From: a virus
IMG/VR virus record: IMGVR_UViG_3300006735_000001
Location: 49,578 to 113,577 of that record
Direction: 5' to 3' (one strand)
Length of the DNA stretch: 64,000 nt
The position numbers were made by a program, and so were the translations under genes. Below, one piece after another: positions 48,005 to 58,623 of this stretch. Each line of letters opens with the position of its first letter. Positions within the stretch are counted from its first letter, which is position 1. The notes beneath the pieces are model-generated. The model saw nothing but the letters and a program-made list of their open reading frames with translations. It did no database searches and was not told the DNA's origin.

Positions 48005-51000
48005 TAGCGTTTAGATAATAGTAATTTAGTATTGTCTAATCTAAGTAACATTTTTCTGTCACCAGATACATTTCTTCTTAAAATTACTTGGTTGGAATAA
48101 TGTCTAAACTTTTTTCTTTGTGTATTAGGTTTATTATAATTTAAGTTGACACTATTTAATGGTCTTATATATCCATTACATTCTGTATTAAATATAGACT
48201 GTTCTACATTTGTAAACTCTCCTCTATCATTTGTTATATCCCAAAATTGATTAAATCTAAATTTATGTTCAACCTTAGATGATAAAATTTCAATACTATT
48301 TGGAGTTATAATAGGATAAGCTAATTCACCCCAAGGATTTTCTGAAGGTTGAGTATTTAATATTAATTGTCCTGAAACCTGATCACTGTTATATACAATA
48401 GATGAATCAAAATTAAAATCTAAATCTTCCCATTTATCACCACCACACATGTAAAATTGTGGATCTCCTTTATACACATATGATTCTAATTGATATTCAA
48501 AACTACGTACAGTATTTACAGTTTGTCCAGTATTAGAAATTATATCTATTTCCCAAGGATAATTTTTATTATAAAAATTAACAAAAGAATCACATCTAAA
48601 ATTATGTCTCCATATTGAGCCAGTTTCTTTACTAGCTTCTGTTGTTTCTTCTAAATAATAATTACATAATCTTGGATCTGCTTGTGGTGCATCTGCATCA
48701 ACCATTTGATAAATTTGTGGAGCAGTATCAGGGCATGTACCTATAGGAGTAACCACTGAACCTGGTACAGTATTAGGTGGACAACTACATGTAACTTTTC
48801 TACATATAGGTGGATTTGCAGGATCACAGTCTCCTGTGCTATTAATATATGAATTAGTAACAGGATCTCTATATACTAAAGTATATCCTGTAGGACATTC
48901 ACACGTAGTTGGTGTACCACATATATCAGCCGCTATTCCATTTGCTACTATATCCCAATTAGTTATAGGGTAATTGGCATCTATACTAGATTGTATACCA
49001 TATTGGAATGGATCTGTAACTACCCCAGGACCTTGATTAGCAGTAACAGGACCAGGAGTACATGTTATAGTATTCAGTGTAGTATTAAGAGGGGTTCCAC
49101 CAGGAAAAGGACTATTAACCCCACAAAATAATGCATATACAAACTGATCATTTGGGGCAGTACCATTTGTAGCTGCTAATGGTGATTGATAAGCACAACC
49201 TGTAGCTGCTCCAACAGTAGCATCTGTAACAAGTAAAATTATTTTTCTAAAGTTTGCTTGTCCAGTTCTATCTCCTAACTGACTATTTGCTCTATCATTT
49301 AATAAATCTTGTGCTCGATGTAATGCATTATCTGTACATGTCTGGGCATTAATCCAGTTACTAGTGAAAAAATTATCTGCTTGAGTTTGAATAGTATTTG
49401 AATTACTACTCATACTAACTGGTGATGGAGTTCCTTGTATTTGTCCAGTTGCGCATGTTGTTGCAGTACTATTCCAAAGTCTACTACTTTGACAAGCATC
49501 AGCATTTCCAGGAACGCAAACACCATTAACCGTTTGACCTGACCAGCTAACAAAACCAATTTGCATAAGGTTATTATCTAAAGCTGTTGTTACAGTACTA
49601 TTTGATAAAAAACTATTTAACCAACCCATTTCTGCATTAGCCCTAGTTTGAGCACCATCCTGAGTTGGAGGTCCATTAGTACTACCTGATGTATCTATTG
49701 CAATTACTAAATCTACTAAACATGATTGAGATCCGCCACTTGTATTTGAAGCTATATTCTCTACAATTATATCAGCTGGCTCAGTAATATTTGTTGCTCT
49801 TTCACACAAACCTGAGGTTGAATTATAATTATATCCTGGTGGACATATTGGTTCTGCTGATTCTATTGTCTTAGTAGTAAAGAAATGATTTATACTTGGT
49901 AAAGATATTTCTGGATGCCAGTCATGAAATGATAACCACGCTTGAGTTTTTGGATCATAGCTGCAAGTCCATGAACAATCATCAAAAAATAATGGATCAC
50001 CAATATCAACATTTATTGTTCCAGTTGGTAAAGCCAACCTAACAGGTTTTACTAAACTATTTGTAAATGTAGCTACTGTAATATATTCTGGTTTAATTCC
50101 AAAATCTCTTTTCATAAAATACACTACATCATCAACAGCATCATACATAACTTGACATCCCACTCCTTTTACAGGATTGTCTGACCAAACTGATTCTTCT
50201 GAATCCGGAAATTGTTTTACAAATCTAGATGGTAAATATTTTGCAAACCACCACTTCATTCCTGCATTTGATATAGGAGATAAACCTCTACCAGGTACAT
50301 ATTGAAATATTTTTCCTTGTGCTTGAGAAATATAGAATAAACCTGCAGCTGTATTTATTACACCTCTAATACTTTCACATGATCCATATTCCATAGATAT
50401 ATCTGCGTTAGCAATATTTTGCATAGGTTGACTAAATAATCCTCCATCACCAATTGTTATCTTTGTATCTAGTTGAGTTTTTAAAGTATCAACTCCATTA
50501 AATAAACTTGGAGATAAATTTGGAAAAAATACTACAGCACCGTTTTGATTAACAGGTTTAATAACACTAACCTCATTTTTAAAGTCTTTATAATTAAAGT
50601 TTAAGAACACCCTCCAATAATCCTTTCTAGCTTCTTCTTGAGCCTGTAATGAGTATATTAATCTTTTTGGGTATGATACAAAACAAGTCTCTGCAACCAA
50701 TGGATCATAATCTAAAGGTTGTACCTCTGCAAAAGAACCAAGTTGAGAAGGAAACTTAGATGGACTTAAAGACTCATCATATTTATAAAAGTTTCCAGCT
50801 TTTTCAATCTTTGCATGAAATAACTCATCTATATCATTATTACTATATGATGAATATATTTGTCTACCAGGTAAGTCTTCATACTCTCTCTGTGTCAAAT
50901 TGATTTCTGATTCAACAAAGAAATCTAATATACCATTACTATGTGTATACATATATGCATATTCCATTGCAAATGCTGGATTAGGATCTGAACCACCTCC

Positions 51001-54000
51001 AAATATTTGATCCCAGTTGGTAGAACATGAATCATTTCCTCTATCTAAATAATATAAATCACCTGGATATTTATTGTCTACCTCACTTGTACTTGCAAAA
51101 CCAAAAGTAGCTATCTCTGATGCTAAAACACTCATGTCAAACTTTTGAGAGTTTAACCAAAATCTTGGGTAAGGTATATTTGCATATAAAGAATAATTGT
51201 AAGTAAAGCCATCAGGCTGACCCATTAAATAATCAGTAAAAATAGGCATGATAGTTTTTTCAGTAAATCTACCCACAAATGTATCACCAGAAAAAATAGG
51301 TTTACTAGTATATAAAAATTCATTTGGTTTTGTTGGATCTATTAATTCAACACAACCTCTCATCTGTACTTGTTTAATTCCAGAGAGTTGACCATATTGA
51401 TTATCAAAATTAAATTTTAATGCACCATAATAAGATGAAATTGGTGACTGCTTACCAGCTCTAGGATCTAATAAATAACTATCAGAAAAAGGTGCAACTA
51501 CTGTTTGAGTATATTCTCCCTGTGCATTTTGAAATAATTCCATTTCTCCACCAACTACAAATCTTGATTTATCTTTGATAGTTGGATCAGAAACTTGTTT
51601 ATCTAATGCTACTACAACTGTTTCAGGTCTAAATAAATTATTTATTTTATAATTACCTCCATCAAAAAGCTGAAAAGAACTTCCTACATAATTTGAGTCA
51701 GTATTTTTAATTCTCCATAAACCATTTACTTGATTACTATAATTACTATAAAATCCTAATGAATTATATTTCCATGCAAAATCTGAATCCTTAACCAAAT
51801 TATACATTAGTTCTATAATCTCATTACCACCAATTGCAATATTAGATTGAGTTAATACTAAAGAAGTTATTAATCTAGCAAATAAAGGTAGATTAGAAGT
51901 GCTAGTATCTTTATCAGTTCCAAGAGTTAAACGACCACCTACAACTCCAGGAATAGCTCCTAAAGCTTGATCAGTCTTTAATTTAACATCATTAATTATA
52001 TCAAAAACGGCACCTCCTGTGTATACATCATCTACAGTTCCTGCTGTATCTATAACAAGAGCTGTAGCAATATCTGTTAATGTATTCGCTGCAATAGCAC
52101 CTAATTGGAAAGCTGAGATAGTAGCTGTAGTTCCTAGTCCAGGAGAAGTAAATATCCCACCACCATTTGTAAAACCTCCTACTATGAAACCTCCTTCACC
52201 ACCTAATCCAGCAGAGTCTGCTGTCATACCTTGTCTATCGTCTTTTCTTGTTCCTCTAATTTGATGTAATGCATACCCAAATCCTAATATAGAAGCAACT
52301 AATCCAGCTGACCCTCTTAATAACTTAAATTGAGGATGTTCTTCTGAAGGTTTGAAATATCCTGTAGAGGAGCCACTTAACTGACCGTATAATCTTGTTT
52401 CATAAGCATTTAAAAATGGTTTAGTAAACATTAAATCTGGTGAATGAAATGTAAATGCTTTTCTAGAGTATCCACTTGGTTCTCCATTAACATCAGGTCT
52501 ATCACCTAATGCTCTAAAAGTAGTTAAAGATTGTCCAAGGGTATCACATCCATCAGTTCTGTTTAATGAGTTCTTACCTCCTTCATGAAAATAAATATCT
52601 GGTCTCAAATCATTATATGGATAATTAGGATAAAGACCTTGTGTAGATTGACCTATTAAATTATCTCCATTTGGTATAGTATACTTACGCATATTTCTAA
52701 ATATACCTTTACCTAATATTGATTTAGCCCCTAGTCTAGAACCACGTAGTATTTCATAACCAACTATATTTTCTATATATGTACCATCATTAAATTTTGG
52801 TCGTTCAATATTTTCAAACTGAACACCTAAAATATTTATTAAATCACCATTGGTATCAGTTAAATGTAATTGAGAAGCAATTTGTTCAGTTGGCATTTTA
52901 TGATGTCTAATAAATTTACCACATAAATTACCCCATATATCTGGCCTATTAGTAGGATATCTTTCTGTTGATTCCCAATATCCCATATCTCCTTTAGCTG
53001 TAATAATTGATCCATCTTCTTGATCAATATTTAATGTACTAGTTAATGATGCAGTATTATATACTTTAAATAACTTATCTCCATTAATATCTAATACATT
53101 CTCTCCAAATATTAATTCATTTTCTAAAAGTATATTTCCATTTGCATTATAATTTCTTGGTGCACGTCCAGGTATATGGTATGAAGATGATCTTTCTCCA
53201 GTATTATAAATCCATCTTATGAAAAATGCATATTGCTCATCTCTCATAAAATTAAACTTATTACCACCATTACTATAATAATTTGATGGTACTGCATTAG
53301 TAACCCACTGAACTTTTATATTATTTGCTAAAGGTTGGTAATTAAAATCAAATTGTTCTACCGGCCCCTGTCTAATTAAATAGTCATTAACTACAAACAT
53401 TGACTCAGACTTTTCATAAGCTGGAGTACGTAAAGGAATATTTTTTAAACTTACTGCAGTTAATGCTGGGTCAATAAAATCTAAATTTATATTGTTTGTT
53501 TGTGTACTATAAAATCCAATTCTTTTTGCTGATGTCTGTCCTTGATTACGTCTTAAAATAACAAGTTCAAAGTATTCATAATCTTCATCTAAATTAGATA
53601 CAGAAATATTTAATGAACCAGCTGAACCATCATCAGCCCAAATAGTTTGTATATTAGATACACCTATATAATCAGTTACTTTTTGTTCATTTTGCACATA
53701 TGCTATATATGCTTGATAAGCACCATTTCTTAATTGTCCACCATCTGTAGACTTCTCAAGTTTTACACAAGGAGTGTCAAGTAAAGGAGCCAACCTAATC
53801 TTTTCACAATCTAATTCCTTTGGTTCTATATCCTCATATACTGCACATGAATTACCGTCTATTCCAGGTCCACTTATTTGTACTTGTTTGTATGGTATAT
53901 CATCTACATTTAATGATCTAGATGGATTATTTCCATCATCCCAATAAACTTGCCAAGTACAATCAAAATTTTCTTTTGCTGCTCCAGTTATTAAATGCTT

Positions 54001-54402
54001 TCTGCTAAAACTTAAACATGGGTCATTTATTAATACAGTATATTTACACTCACTATCATCAAATCTACCTATCTCTGAGTTTATATCATCTGTAGAATAC
54101 ACAATCCATTCATCACCATATCTGTGTATTGCACCTATAACAGTATAAGGAATAACTCCACATAGTAAGTTTGAAGGTTCATTACCTACAACACCTAAAT
54201 CTCCATCTTCTGAATTATTTACTAAATTACGTGCATGCCACCATGATTGATTATTTTCCAAAGAAGGTGCAATATCTTTGTTCATCCCCTTTACAAAAGA
54301 GTTTGTTTGAACAGTAGATGAACTTCTTGTGGTTGGTGTTCTCCGTCTACTAGAAGGTTGCTGTCTGGAATTCTTTGAAGACTGTCTTCTTTGTTTTGCC
54401 AT
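48004..54402 (-). CDS. tail muzzle/stabilization protein (P22 gp10-like) with vWA insertion
   Basis: NSFVKGMNKD..A.N start; FMRDEQYAF; WTCSYDP...W.SFHDW.P; position after the ring proteins; DTSGS MIDAS insert. Confidence 0.75.
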   Translation of the reverse strand: MAKQRRQSSKNSRQQPSSRRRTPTTRSSSTVQTNSFVKGMNKDIAPSLENNQSWWHARNLVNNSEDGDLGVVGNEPSNLLCGVIPYTVIGAIHRYGDEWIVYSTDDINSEIGRFDDSECKYTVLINDPCLSFSRKHLITGAAKENFDCTWQVYWDDGNNPSRSLNVDDIPYKQVQISGPGIDGNSCAVYEDIEPKELDCEKIRLAPLLDTPCVKLEKSTDGGQLRNGAYQAYIAYVQNEQKVTDYIGVSNIQTIWADDGSAGSLNISVSNLDEDYEYFELVILRRNQGQTSAKRIGFYSTQTNNINLDFIDPALTAVSLKNIPLRTPAYEKSESMFVVNDYLIRQGPVEQFDFNYQPLANNIKVQWVTNAVPSNYYSNGGNKFNFMRDEQYAFFIRWIYNTGERSSSYHIPGRAPRNYNANGNILLENELIFGENVLDINGDKLFKVYNTASLTSTLNIDQEDGSIITAKGDMGYWESTERYPTNRPDIWGNLCGKFIRHHKMPTEQIASQLHLTDTNGDLINILGVQFENIERPKFNDGTYIENIVGYEILRGSRLGAKSILGKGIFRNMRKYTIPNGDNLIGQSTQGLYPNYPYNDLRPDIYFHEGGKNSLNRTDGCDTLGQSLTTFRALGDRPDVNGEPSGYSRKAFTFHSPDLMFTKPFLNAYETRLYGQLSGSSTGYFKPSEEHPQFKLLRGSAGLVASILGFGYALHQIRGTRKDDRQGMTADSAGLGGEGGFIVGGFTNGGGIFTSPGLGTTATISAFQLGAIAANTLTDIATALVIDTAGTVDDVYTGGAVFDIINDVKLKTDQALGAIPGVVGGRLTLGTDKDTSTSNLPLFARLITSLVLTQSNIAIGGNEIIELMYNLVKDSDFAWKYNSLGFYSNYSNQVNGLWRIKNTDSNYVGSSFQLFDGGNYKINNLFRPETVVVALDKQVSDPTIKDKSRFVVGGEMELFQNAQGEYTQTVVAPFSDSYLLDPRAGKQSPISSYYGALKFNFDNQYGQLSGIKQVQMRGCVELIDPTKPNEFLYTSKPIFSGDTFVGRFTEKTIMPIFTDYLMGQPDGFTYNYSLYANIPYPRFWLNSQKFDMSVLASEIATFGFASTSEVDNKYPGDLYYLDRGNDSCSTNWDQIFGGGSDPNPAFAMEYAYMYTHSNGILDFFVESEINLTQREYEDLPGRQIYSSYSNNDIDELFHAKIEKAGNFYKYDESLSPSKFPSQLGSFAEVQPLDYDPLVAETCFVSYPKRLIYSLQAQEEARKDYWRVFLNFNYKDFKNEVSVIKPVNQNGAVVFFPNLSPSLFNGVDTLKTQLDTKITIGDGGLFSQPMQNIANADISMEYGSCESIRGVINTAAGLFYISQAQGKIFQYVPGRGLSPISNAGMKWWFAKYLPSRFVKQFPDSEESVWSDNPVKGVGCQVMYDAVDDVVYFMKRDFGIKPEYITVATFTNSLVKPVRLALPTGTINVDIGDPLFFDDCSWTCSYDPKTQAWLSFHDWHPEISLPSINHFFTTKTIESAEPICPPGYNYNSTSGLCERATNITEPADIIVENIASNTSGGSQSCLVDLVIAIDTSGSTNGPPTQDGAQTRANAEMGWLNSFLSNSTVTTALDNNLMQIGFVSWSGQTVNGVCVPGNADACQSSRLWNSTATTCATGQIQGTPSPVSMSSNSNTIQTQADNFFTSNWINAQTCTDNALHRAQDLLNDRANSQLGDRTGQANFRKIILLVTDATVGAATGCAYQSPLAATNGTAPNDQFVYALFCGVNSPFPGGTPLNTTLNTITCTPGPVTANQGPGVVTDPFQYGIQSSIDANYPITNWDIVANGIAADICGTPTTCECPTGYTLVYRDPVTNSYINSTGDCDPANPPICRKVTCSCPPNTVPGSVVTPIGTCPDTAPQIYQMVDADAPQADPRLCNYYLEETTEASKETGSIWRHNFRCDSFVNFYNKNYPWEIDIISNTGQTVNTVRSFEYQLESYVYKGDPQFYMCGGDKWEDLDFNFDSSIVYNSDQVSGQLILNTQPSENPWGELAYPIITPNSIEILSSKVEHKFRFNQFWDITNDRGEFTNVEQSIFNTECNGYIRPLNSVNLNYNKPNTQRKKFRHYSNQVILRRNVSGDRKMLLRLDNTKLLLSKR

Positions 54403-54416
54403 AATTTATTTACTCT

Positions 54417-55376
54417 TTAACAAGTGGGACATGTACTAGTTGATGTAGAATTACCTACAGCTGTGTTTTGAGCAGGAGAAATACTAGGCTGAGCAGGTGC
54501 ATAACTTAAAAACATATTATAAAAATTATGATATTGAGCTCTACGGTTCATTGTCCATACCTTTCTCATTTCTGCAAAGTTAGGAGTGTTCACAAATGTC
54601 AATGCATTATTTCTTGAAGCACGTAATCTTTGCTCTATTAATCCTAATTGATCACCAACTTTTTCACCTTGAAACATCATGTTTTCAAGTATACGTTGTT
54701 TAATAGCATACTCATAATACTCATTACAATATGGATGATCTAAAAGTAATAAATCTCCTTCTGCATTTTCCATAGCTCCTTGATAACTTAAATATACTTT
54801 ACCAGTAGTAAAGTTTGTTAAAAGAAAACCATCTTTAATTTCTGCTACATCTAAAGCTTGAGCACCTAAAGCAGGACAATAGCATACTTTATCATTAAGT
54901 CCAGTTATTCTTAATTGAGACCAATGATTGTATATTCTAAATTGTTCTGGACCTATTCTTTGAATAAGCTGATGTGAATTTTTATCATCACAAGTTTTAA
55001 TTACACATACATCTCTGCATTTAGAATCATCACATGGTCCTGATTCTCCTGGAGCTGGTACATAAGGTACATCATTAAAAGTTTCTACATGTGTACCTGA
55101 AGGTAGTGTAGAATTTATTTTATACTCGCCACATCTAAAACCATAATTAACATATTGAAAATCCATAGGTAATTGTGCTCTGCCATGCTCAACATCTATT
55201 ATTACTTCTTTAGTTCTATGTATTCTTAAACCTAAATCATAATTAACTCGTTGTGCCACTTTAATTAATTGTTGTGGCTCTATCATTCCTTCTAATGCAT
55301 AAGTAGAAAAATCAATAGAGACACTCTCCATTAATTGACTAAATGTTTTATATTTTTGTGAAACTCCATTTCCCAT
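54417..55376 (-). CDS. tail tubular/ring protein
   Basis: TNF..GKVYLSY....DHPY..YY..K pattern; position between ring and muzzle genes. Confidence 0.65.
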   Translation of the reverse strand: MGNGVSQKYKTFSQLMESVSIDFSTYALEGMIEPQQLIKVAQRVNYDLGLRIHRTKEVIIDVEHGRAQLPMDFQYVNYGFRCGEYKINSTLPSGTHVETFNDVPYVPAPGESGPCDDSKCRDVCVIKTCDDKNSHQLIQRIGPEQFRIYNHWSQLRITGLNDKVCYCPALGAQALDVAEIKDGFLLTNFTTGKVYLSYQGAMENAEGDLLLLDHPYCNEYYEYAIKQRILENMMFQGEKVGDQLGLIEQRLRASRNNALTFVNTPNFAEMRKVWTMNRRAQYHNFYNMFLSYAPAQPSISPAQNTAVGNSTSTSTCPTC

Positions 55377-56050
55377 TATTGTCTATTTAGATTACGTTTA
55401 TTGTCTGAATCTTCAGAAGGTATTTTTAATGTATTCATCATTGTACCTACAACTTGGTTTTCTATTTCTGCAAATAAAGCTTCTGGTATGTATATCTCCT
55501 GTTCATATCTAGGAGTACAGTTATTTGTTTCATCACAATCCCATTTAGTTATATCTGAGTCAAATACTCCTTCAACTTTAATAGCATCCCATTCTATATT
55601 TGGACAATATATATAACCATCTAACCACCAAAAATATAATGTTCTATTATATTTAAATGTAGTTGTTTTAGTCATTGATGTATATGTCCCAGGTTGAGTT
55701 GCTTGTAATTCTTGTGAACCATCTATTGAGCTAATAGTACGGATTAAAGGCCCCCAATATCCTTCAAACATAGAAGGTAGTTTATGTTTTGTACGTTTTA
55801 TTGTACAACCACTTTGAATCCCAGCACAATGTGCTTCTACTTTATCTACCTCAATAAGTTCTACGTATGGTAATGTTTTCCATACTGAATTAAATTTAAT
55901 TAGTTTATTCCTATAATCTTGTCTCCTCATTAAAAACTGAGCAAACTTCTCTATTAAACTATAAATATATCTATCTGTAACAAAAGCGTCTTGTACCTCT
56001 GCTTTTACCTGGCCTCTAATTCTAGATATTGCTTCTGCTATTGTTGACAT
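55376..56050 (-). CDS. tail ring/adaptor structural protein
   Basis: D..VTDR.IY, IKRTK.KLP, YFW..DGYIY patterns; crAss tail-block synteny. Confidence 0.6.
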   Translation of the reverse strand: MSTIAEAISRIRGQVKAEVQDAFVTDRYIYSLIEKFAQFLMRRQDYRNKLIKFNSVWKTLPYVELIEVDKVEAHCAGIQSGCTIKRTKHKLPSMFEGYWGPLIRTISSIDGSQELQATQPGTYTSMTKTTTFKYNRTLYFWWLDGYIYCPNIEWDAIKVEGVFDSDITKWDCDETNNCTPRYEQEIYIPEALFAEIENQVVGTMMNTLKIPSEDSDNKRNLNRQ

Positions 56051-56055
56051 GATTC

Positions 56056-56622
56056 TTATTTTTCAAATTCATTATAATTCTTTAATGCTTTTTCTGTATC
56101 TTCAGGATTAGGATCATATAAATGAGCCACCCTATATTTATTTTTCATAACCACATATTTTGTCCAACTCATAGGATACTCTTTAGCTACAGATCTTTTA
56201 AAATCTCTACTAGCTAAAAAATGCCATAACTCTCTATTTTTAAATCTATATTTAGTAGAATAATTTGTATAAAATATTTTACCAATATTTCCATCTGTGT
56301 CCCAGTTTTTATTTTGCAATACTTTACCATATTCTTTTGACAGAGCATAATTAGTATTAACAGATTTTGAAGGTTTACAAGTTCCTATAAATAAATATCC
56401 CAAGGAATCCGGTAACTCTACACCATCTCTATTTTTAATAACTGTTTCCCATAATCTCTTATTATAGATTTTAATAATCTTTTTAAGTTTAACATTATCT
56501 ATTTCAGAGTATAAAGGTTTCTTATCTTTAAACTCTTTAATTGTATCCTTATTTAATAATCCCAATCTTTTTTCTCTATATCTAGGTGCTTTTAAATTAG
56601 GTTTTTTAAAATTATTTATCAT
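56056..56622 (-). CDS. IHF/HU-like DNA-binding protein of the crAss tail block
   Basis: Basic; GVELP.SLG.LFI and W.F.ASR.FKR; position next to the tail ring genes. Confidence 0.6.
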   Translation of the reverse strand: MINNFKKPNLKAPRYREKRLGLLNKDTIKEFKDKKPLYSEIDNVKLKKIIKIYNKRLWETVIKNRDGVELPDSLGYLFIGTCKPSKSVNTNYALSKEYGKVLQNKNWDTDGNIGKIFYTNYSTKYRFKNRELWHFLASRDFKRSVAKEYPMSWTKYVVMKNKYRVAHLYDPNPEDTEKALKNYNEFEK

Positions 56623-56626
56623 ATGG

Positions 56627-56646
56627 TTACATTTATAATTTACAAA
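56627..56646 (-). promoter_or_regulatory. putative phage late promoter, copy 4
   Basis: TTTGTAAATTATAAATGTAA. Confidence 0.5.
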
Positions 56647-56677
56647 AAAAAGCCCAGTAAATGAAATTTTGCTGGGG
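56644..56677 (-). terminator. intrinsic terminator after the metallophosphoesterase gene
   Basis: CCCAGCAAA..TTTACTGGG followed by C and T8 on the minus strand. Confidence 0.7.
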
Positions 56678-56680
56678 TCT

Positions 56681-57907
56681 TTATATAGCTTGGTATGTTA
56701 ATTCACAAATATTACCCATTGTTGGGTGTTGAAGTTCAAGCTTTCCAGATCTTCTATTACCTACATATTTATTACTATAGTGATAATAATCTGTATTTCC
56801 TATACTTGGTAAAGTTTTATGAATAAACCCTGTTGTCTCAGCAGTAGTCATATATTCTACTTTTCTTTCTGTATGAAAATGACCTGTAAATAAAGTTCTA
56901 TTTACAGTATTACCCCACTCTTTAGGATATTCTGTTGCATAAACCAAAGGGGTATTTTTGCTTGGTTTATCTCCATGTTCAAATGCATTAAAATTATTAT
57001 GCCATACATGTACTTTTCTTTCTTCATATGTTATATCCCATTCAATTTCTTTACTTTCTATAGATTGAGATAATGCATGTACTAAATGAAAAGATGATAA
57101 TCTATCATGATTACCTGGAACATATACTACTACTAATTCTTTACAATAATTTTTAATATAACTTATTGCCCAATGCATTGCATCAAATGCTTGCATATAA
57201 GCTTCTGTAGAAGTCATACAATTTTCTAAAGGTGTACCACTAGTAGTAGTACCACCAAAGGTATCCATATTGATTAAATCACCACCTACAACAAAATATA
57301 ATTTTTCCATATAATGTGCAGGCGCTGCTCTAGATATTAAGTTAATTATTGTGTCTTCAAAATCTTTATCAATAGTTTGATTACCTTCTTTACCAAAATG
57401 TATATCTTGTATAGACATTACACCACAGACCTTCTCAGCCTTTTTAGGAAACTTTAATAATGTTTTAGGTAGTTTATATGTTTTAGGCTTCCAATGCTTT
57501 AAAAGGTCTTCTAAATACTTTTCATTATTATTTTGGATTTTAGAAACTAGTGCAGAAACTCTCCAATGATCACCCATTTGTTTATTCCAATATGTTGAAA
57601 GTTTCCAAATATTTGTATCTATCTTTAATAGCTGGATTATTTCTTCAGCACTTTTAGGTTCATGATCAAATGTTCCTGATAATTTACCTTGTCCTTTTTC
57701 TACATCAATTGATTCTACCAATTGAGAATTTTCTGCAGCTTTAGTAAAAAAATTCTTTTTCTTTTTACTTTGCTTTCTTTCTTTTAGAATCTGTTTTTTT
57801 ATTTTTTTATATTCCTCTTCAGAAATACCTACTCTCTCAGCACTAATACTTGGATGTTTTTTCCATTTTAATGAGTCTAATACTCTTTGTTTTAAATAAT
57901 TTGACAT
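56681..57907 (-). CDS. calcineurin-like metallophosphoesterase with N-terminal HTH-like segment
   Basis: DIHFG, GGDLIN, PGNHD, HGD, GHFH motifs. Confidence 0.85.
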   Translation of the reverse strand: MSNYLKQRVLDSLKWKKHPSISAERVGISEEEYKKIKKQILKERKQSKKKKNFFTKAAENSQLVESIDVEKGQGKLSGTFDHEPKSAEEIIQLLKIDTNIWKLSTYWNKQMGDHWRVSALVSKIQNNNEKYLEDLLKHWKPKTYKLPKTLLKFPKKAEKVCGVMSIQDIHFGKEGNQTIDKDFEDTIINLISRAAPAHYMEKLYFVVGGDLINMDTFGGTTTSGTPLENCMTSTEAYMQAFDAMHWAISYIKNYCKELVVVYVPGNHDRLSSFHLVHALSQSIESKEIEWDITYEERKVHVWHNNFNAFEHGDKPSKNTPLVYATEYPKEWGNTVNRTLFTGHFHTERKVEYMTTAETTGFIHKTLPSIGNTDYYHYSNKYVGNRRSGKLELQHPTMGNICELTYQAI

Positions 57908-57970
57908 GTCTAGTTATGTATTGATTTTAGTAAAAGTAAGAATAAAATATTAATTTTCATATTAGTGCAT

Positions 57971-57999
57971 AAAAAAAGAGACTGAGTTTCCTCAGTCCC
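57971..57999 (-). terminator. intrinsic terminator
   Basis: GGGACTGAG-GAAA-CTCAGTCTC-T7 with GNRA tetraloop. Confidence 0.85.
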
Positions 58000-58049
58000 T
58001 CCCAACGTTTGCAGTAGAAAACCAACAAACCACTTGCATGTTGTTTCTT

Positions 58050-58610
58050 TTAAGCAGCTAATGTTGCAAACAATATTCCTATTGGTTTGCATGCTGCATT
58101 ATTTCCATTATCAACCACCTTAACTTTGTATGCTGTTGAAGCTGTTAAGTTAGTTAGTTTAAGATTAAATATTGTTGTTGCTATTGGTGTAGCGTTTTGT
58201 AATACCCATCCTTGCGGATTAATTTGTGTATCTAAATAAATATTTATACCTGTGCTTGAACTCCATATTCCATTCCATAATATTTCTACAGAGTCTTTTG
58301 TAATTGTTCCTGCATATACATTATATGGATCATGTTGTACATCATTAGATGTGCATGCACCTAAGCCATTTGATAAAATCATTGCAAATTTTTGAATAAT
58401 TGAATCTAATCTTTCTCCTGATGTAATTACAATCTTTTGTCCTGTAGGACCTATTTGAAAAGATGTACCACAATAACTAACACATGCTGCACATTGAACA
58501 TCATCACACCTTTCACTACCTACACTACAATCCGTATAAGTACATGGATTTGTTAAAGCTGTATCAGAACAACTACATTTTTCACTACATTTTGTACAAT
58601 TACATGCCAT
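58050..58610 (-). CDS. Cys-rich structural protein with C-terminal FN3-like domain
   Basis: MACNCTKCSEKCSC; LTNLTASTAYKVKV. Confidence 0.65.
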   Translation of the reverse strand: MACNCTKCSEKCSCSDTALTNPCTYTDCSVGSERCDDVQCAACVSYCGTSFQIGPTGQKIVITSGERLDSIIQKFAMILSNGLGACTSNDVQHDPYNVYAGTITKDSVEILWNGIWSSSTGINIYLDTQINPQGWVLQNATPIATTIFNLKLTNLTASTAYKVKVVDNGNNAACKPIGILFATLAA

Positions 58611-58623
58611 ATTCTTTTATTTA

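Noticed and set aside
57910-58092. 60-aa ORF in the track
   Set aside because: It overlaps the upstream gene end and runs through a strong terminator; likely spurious
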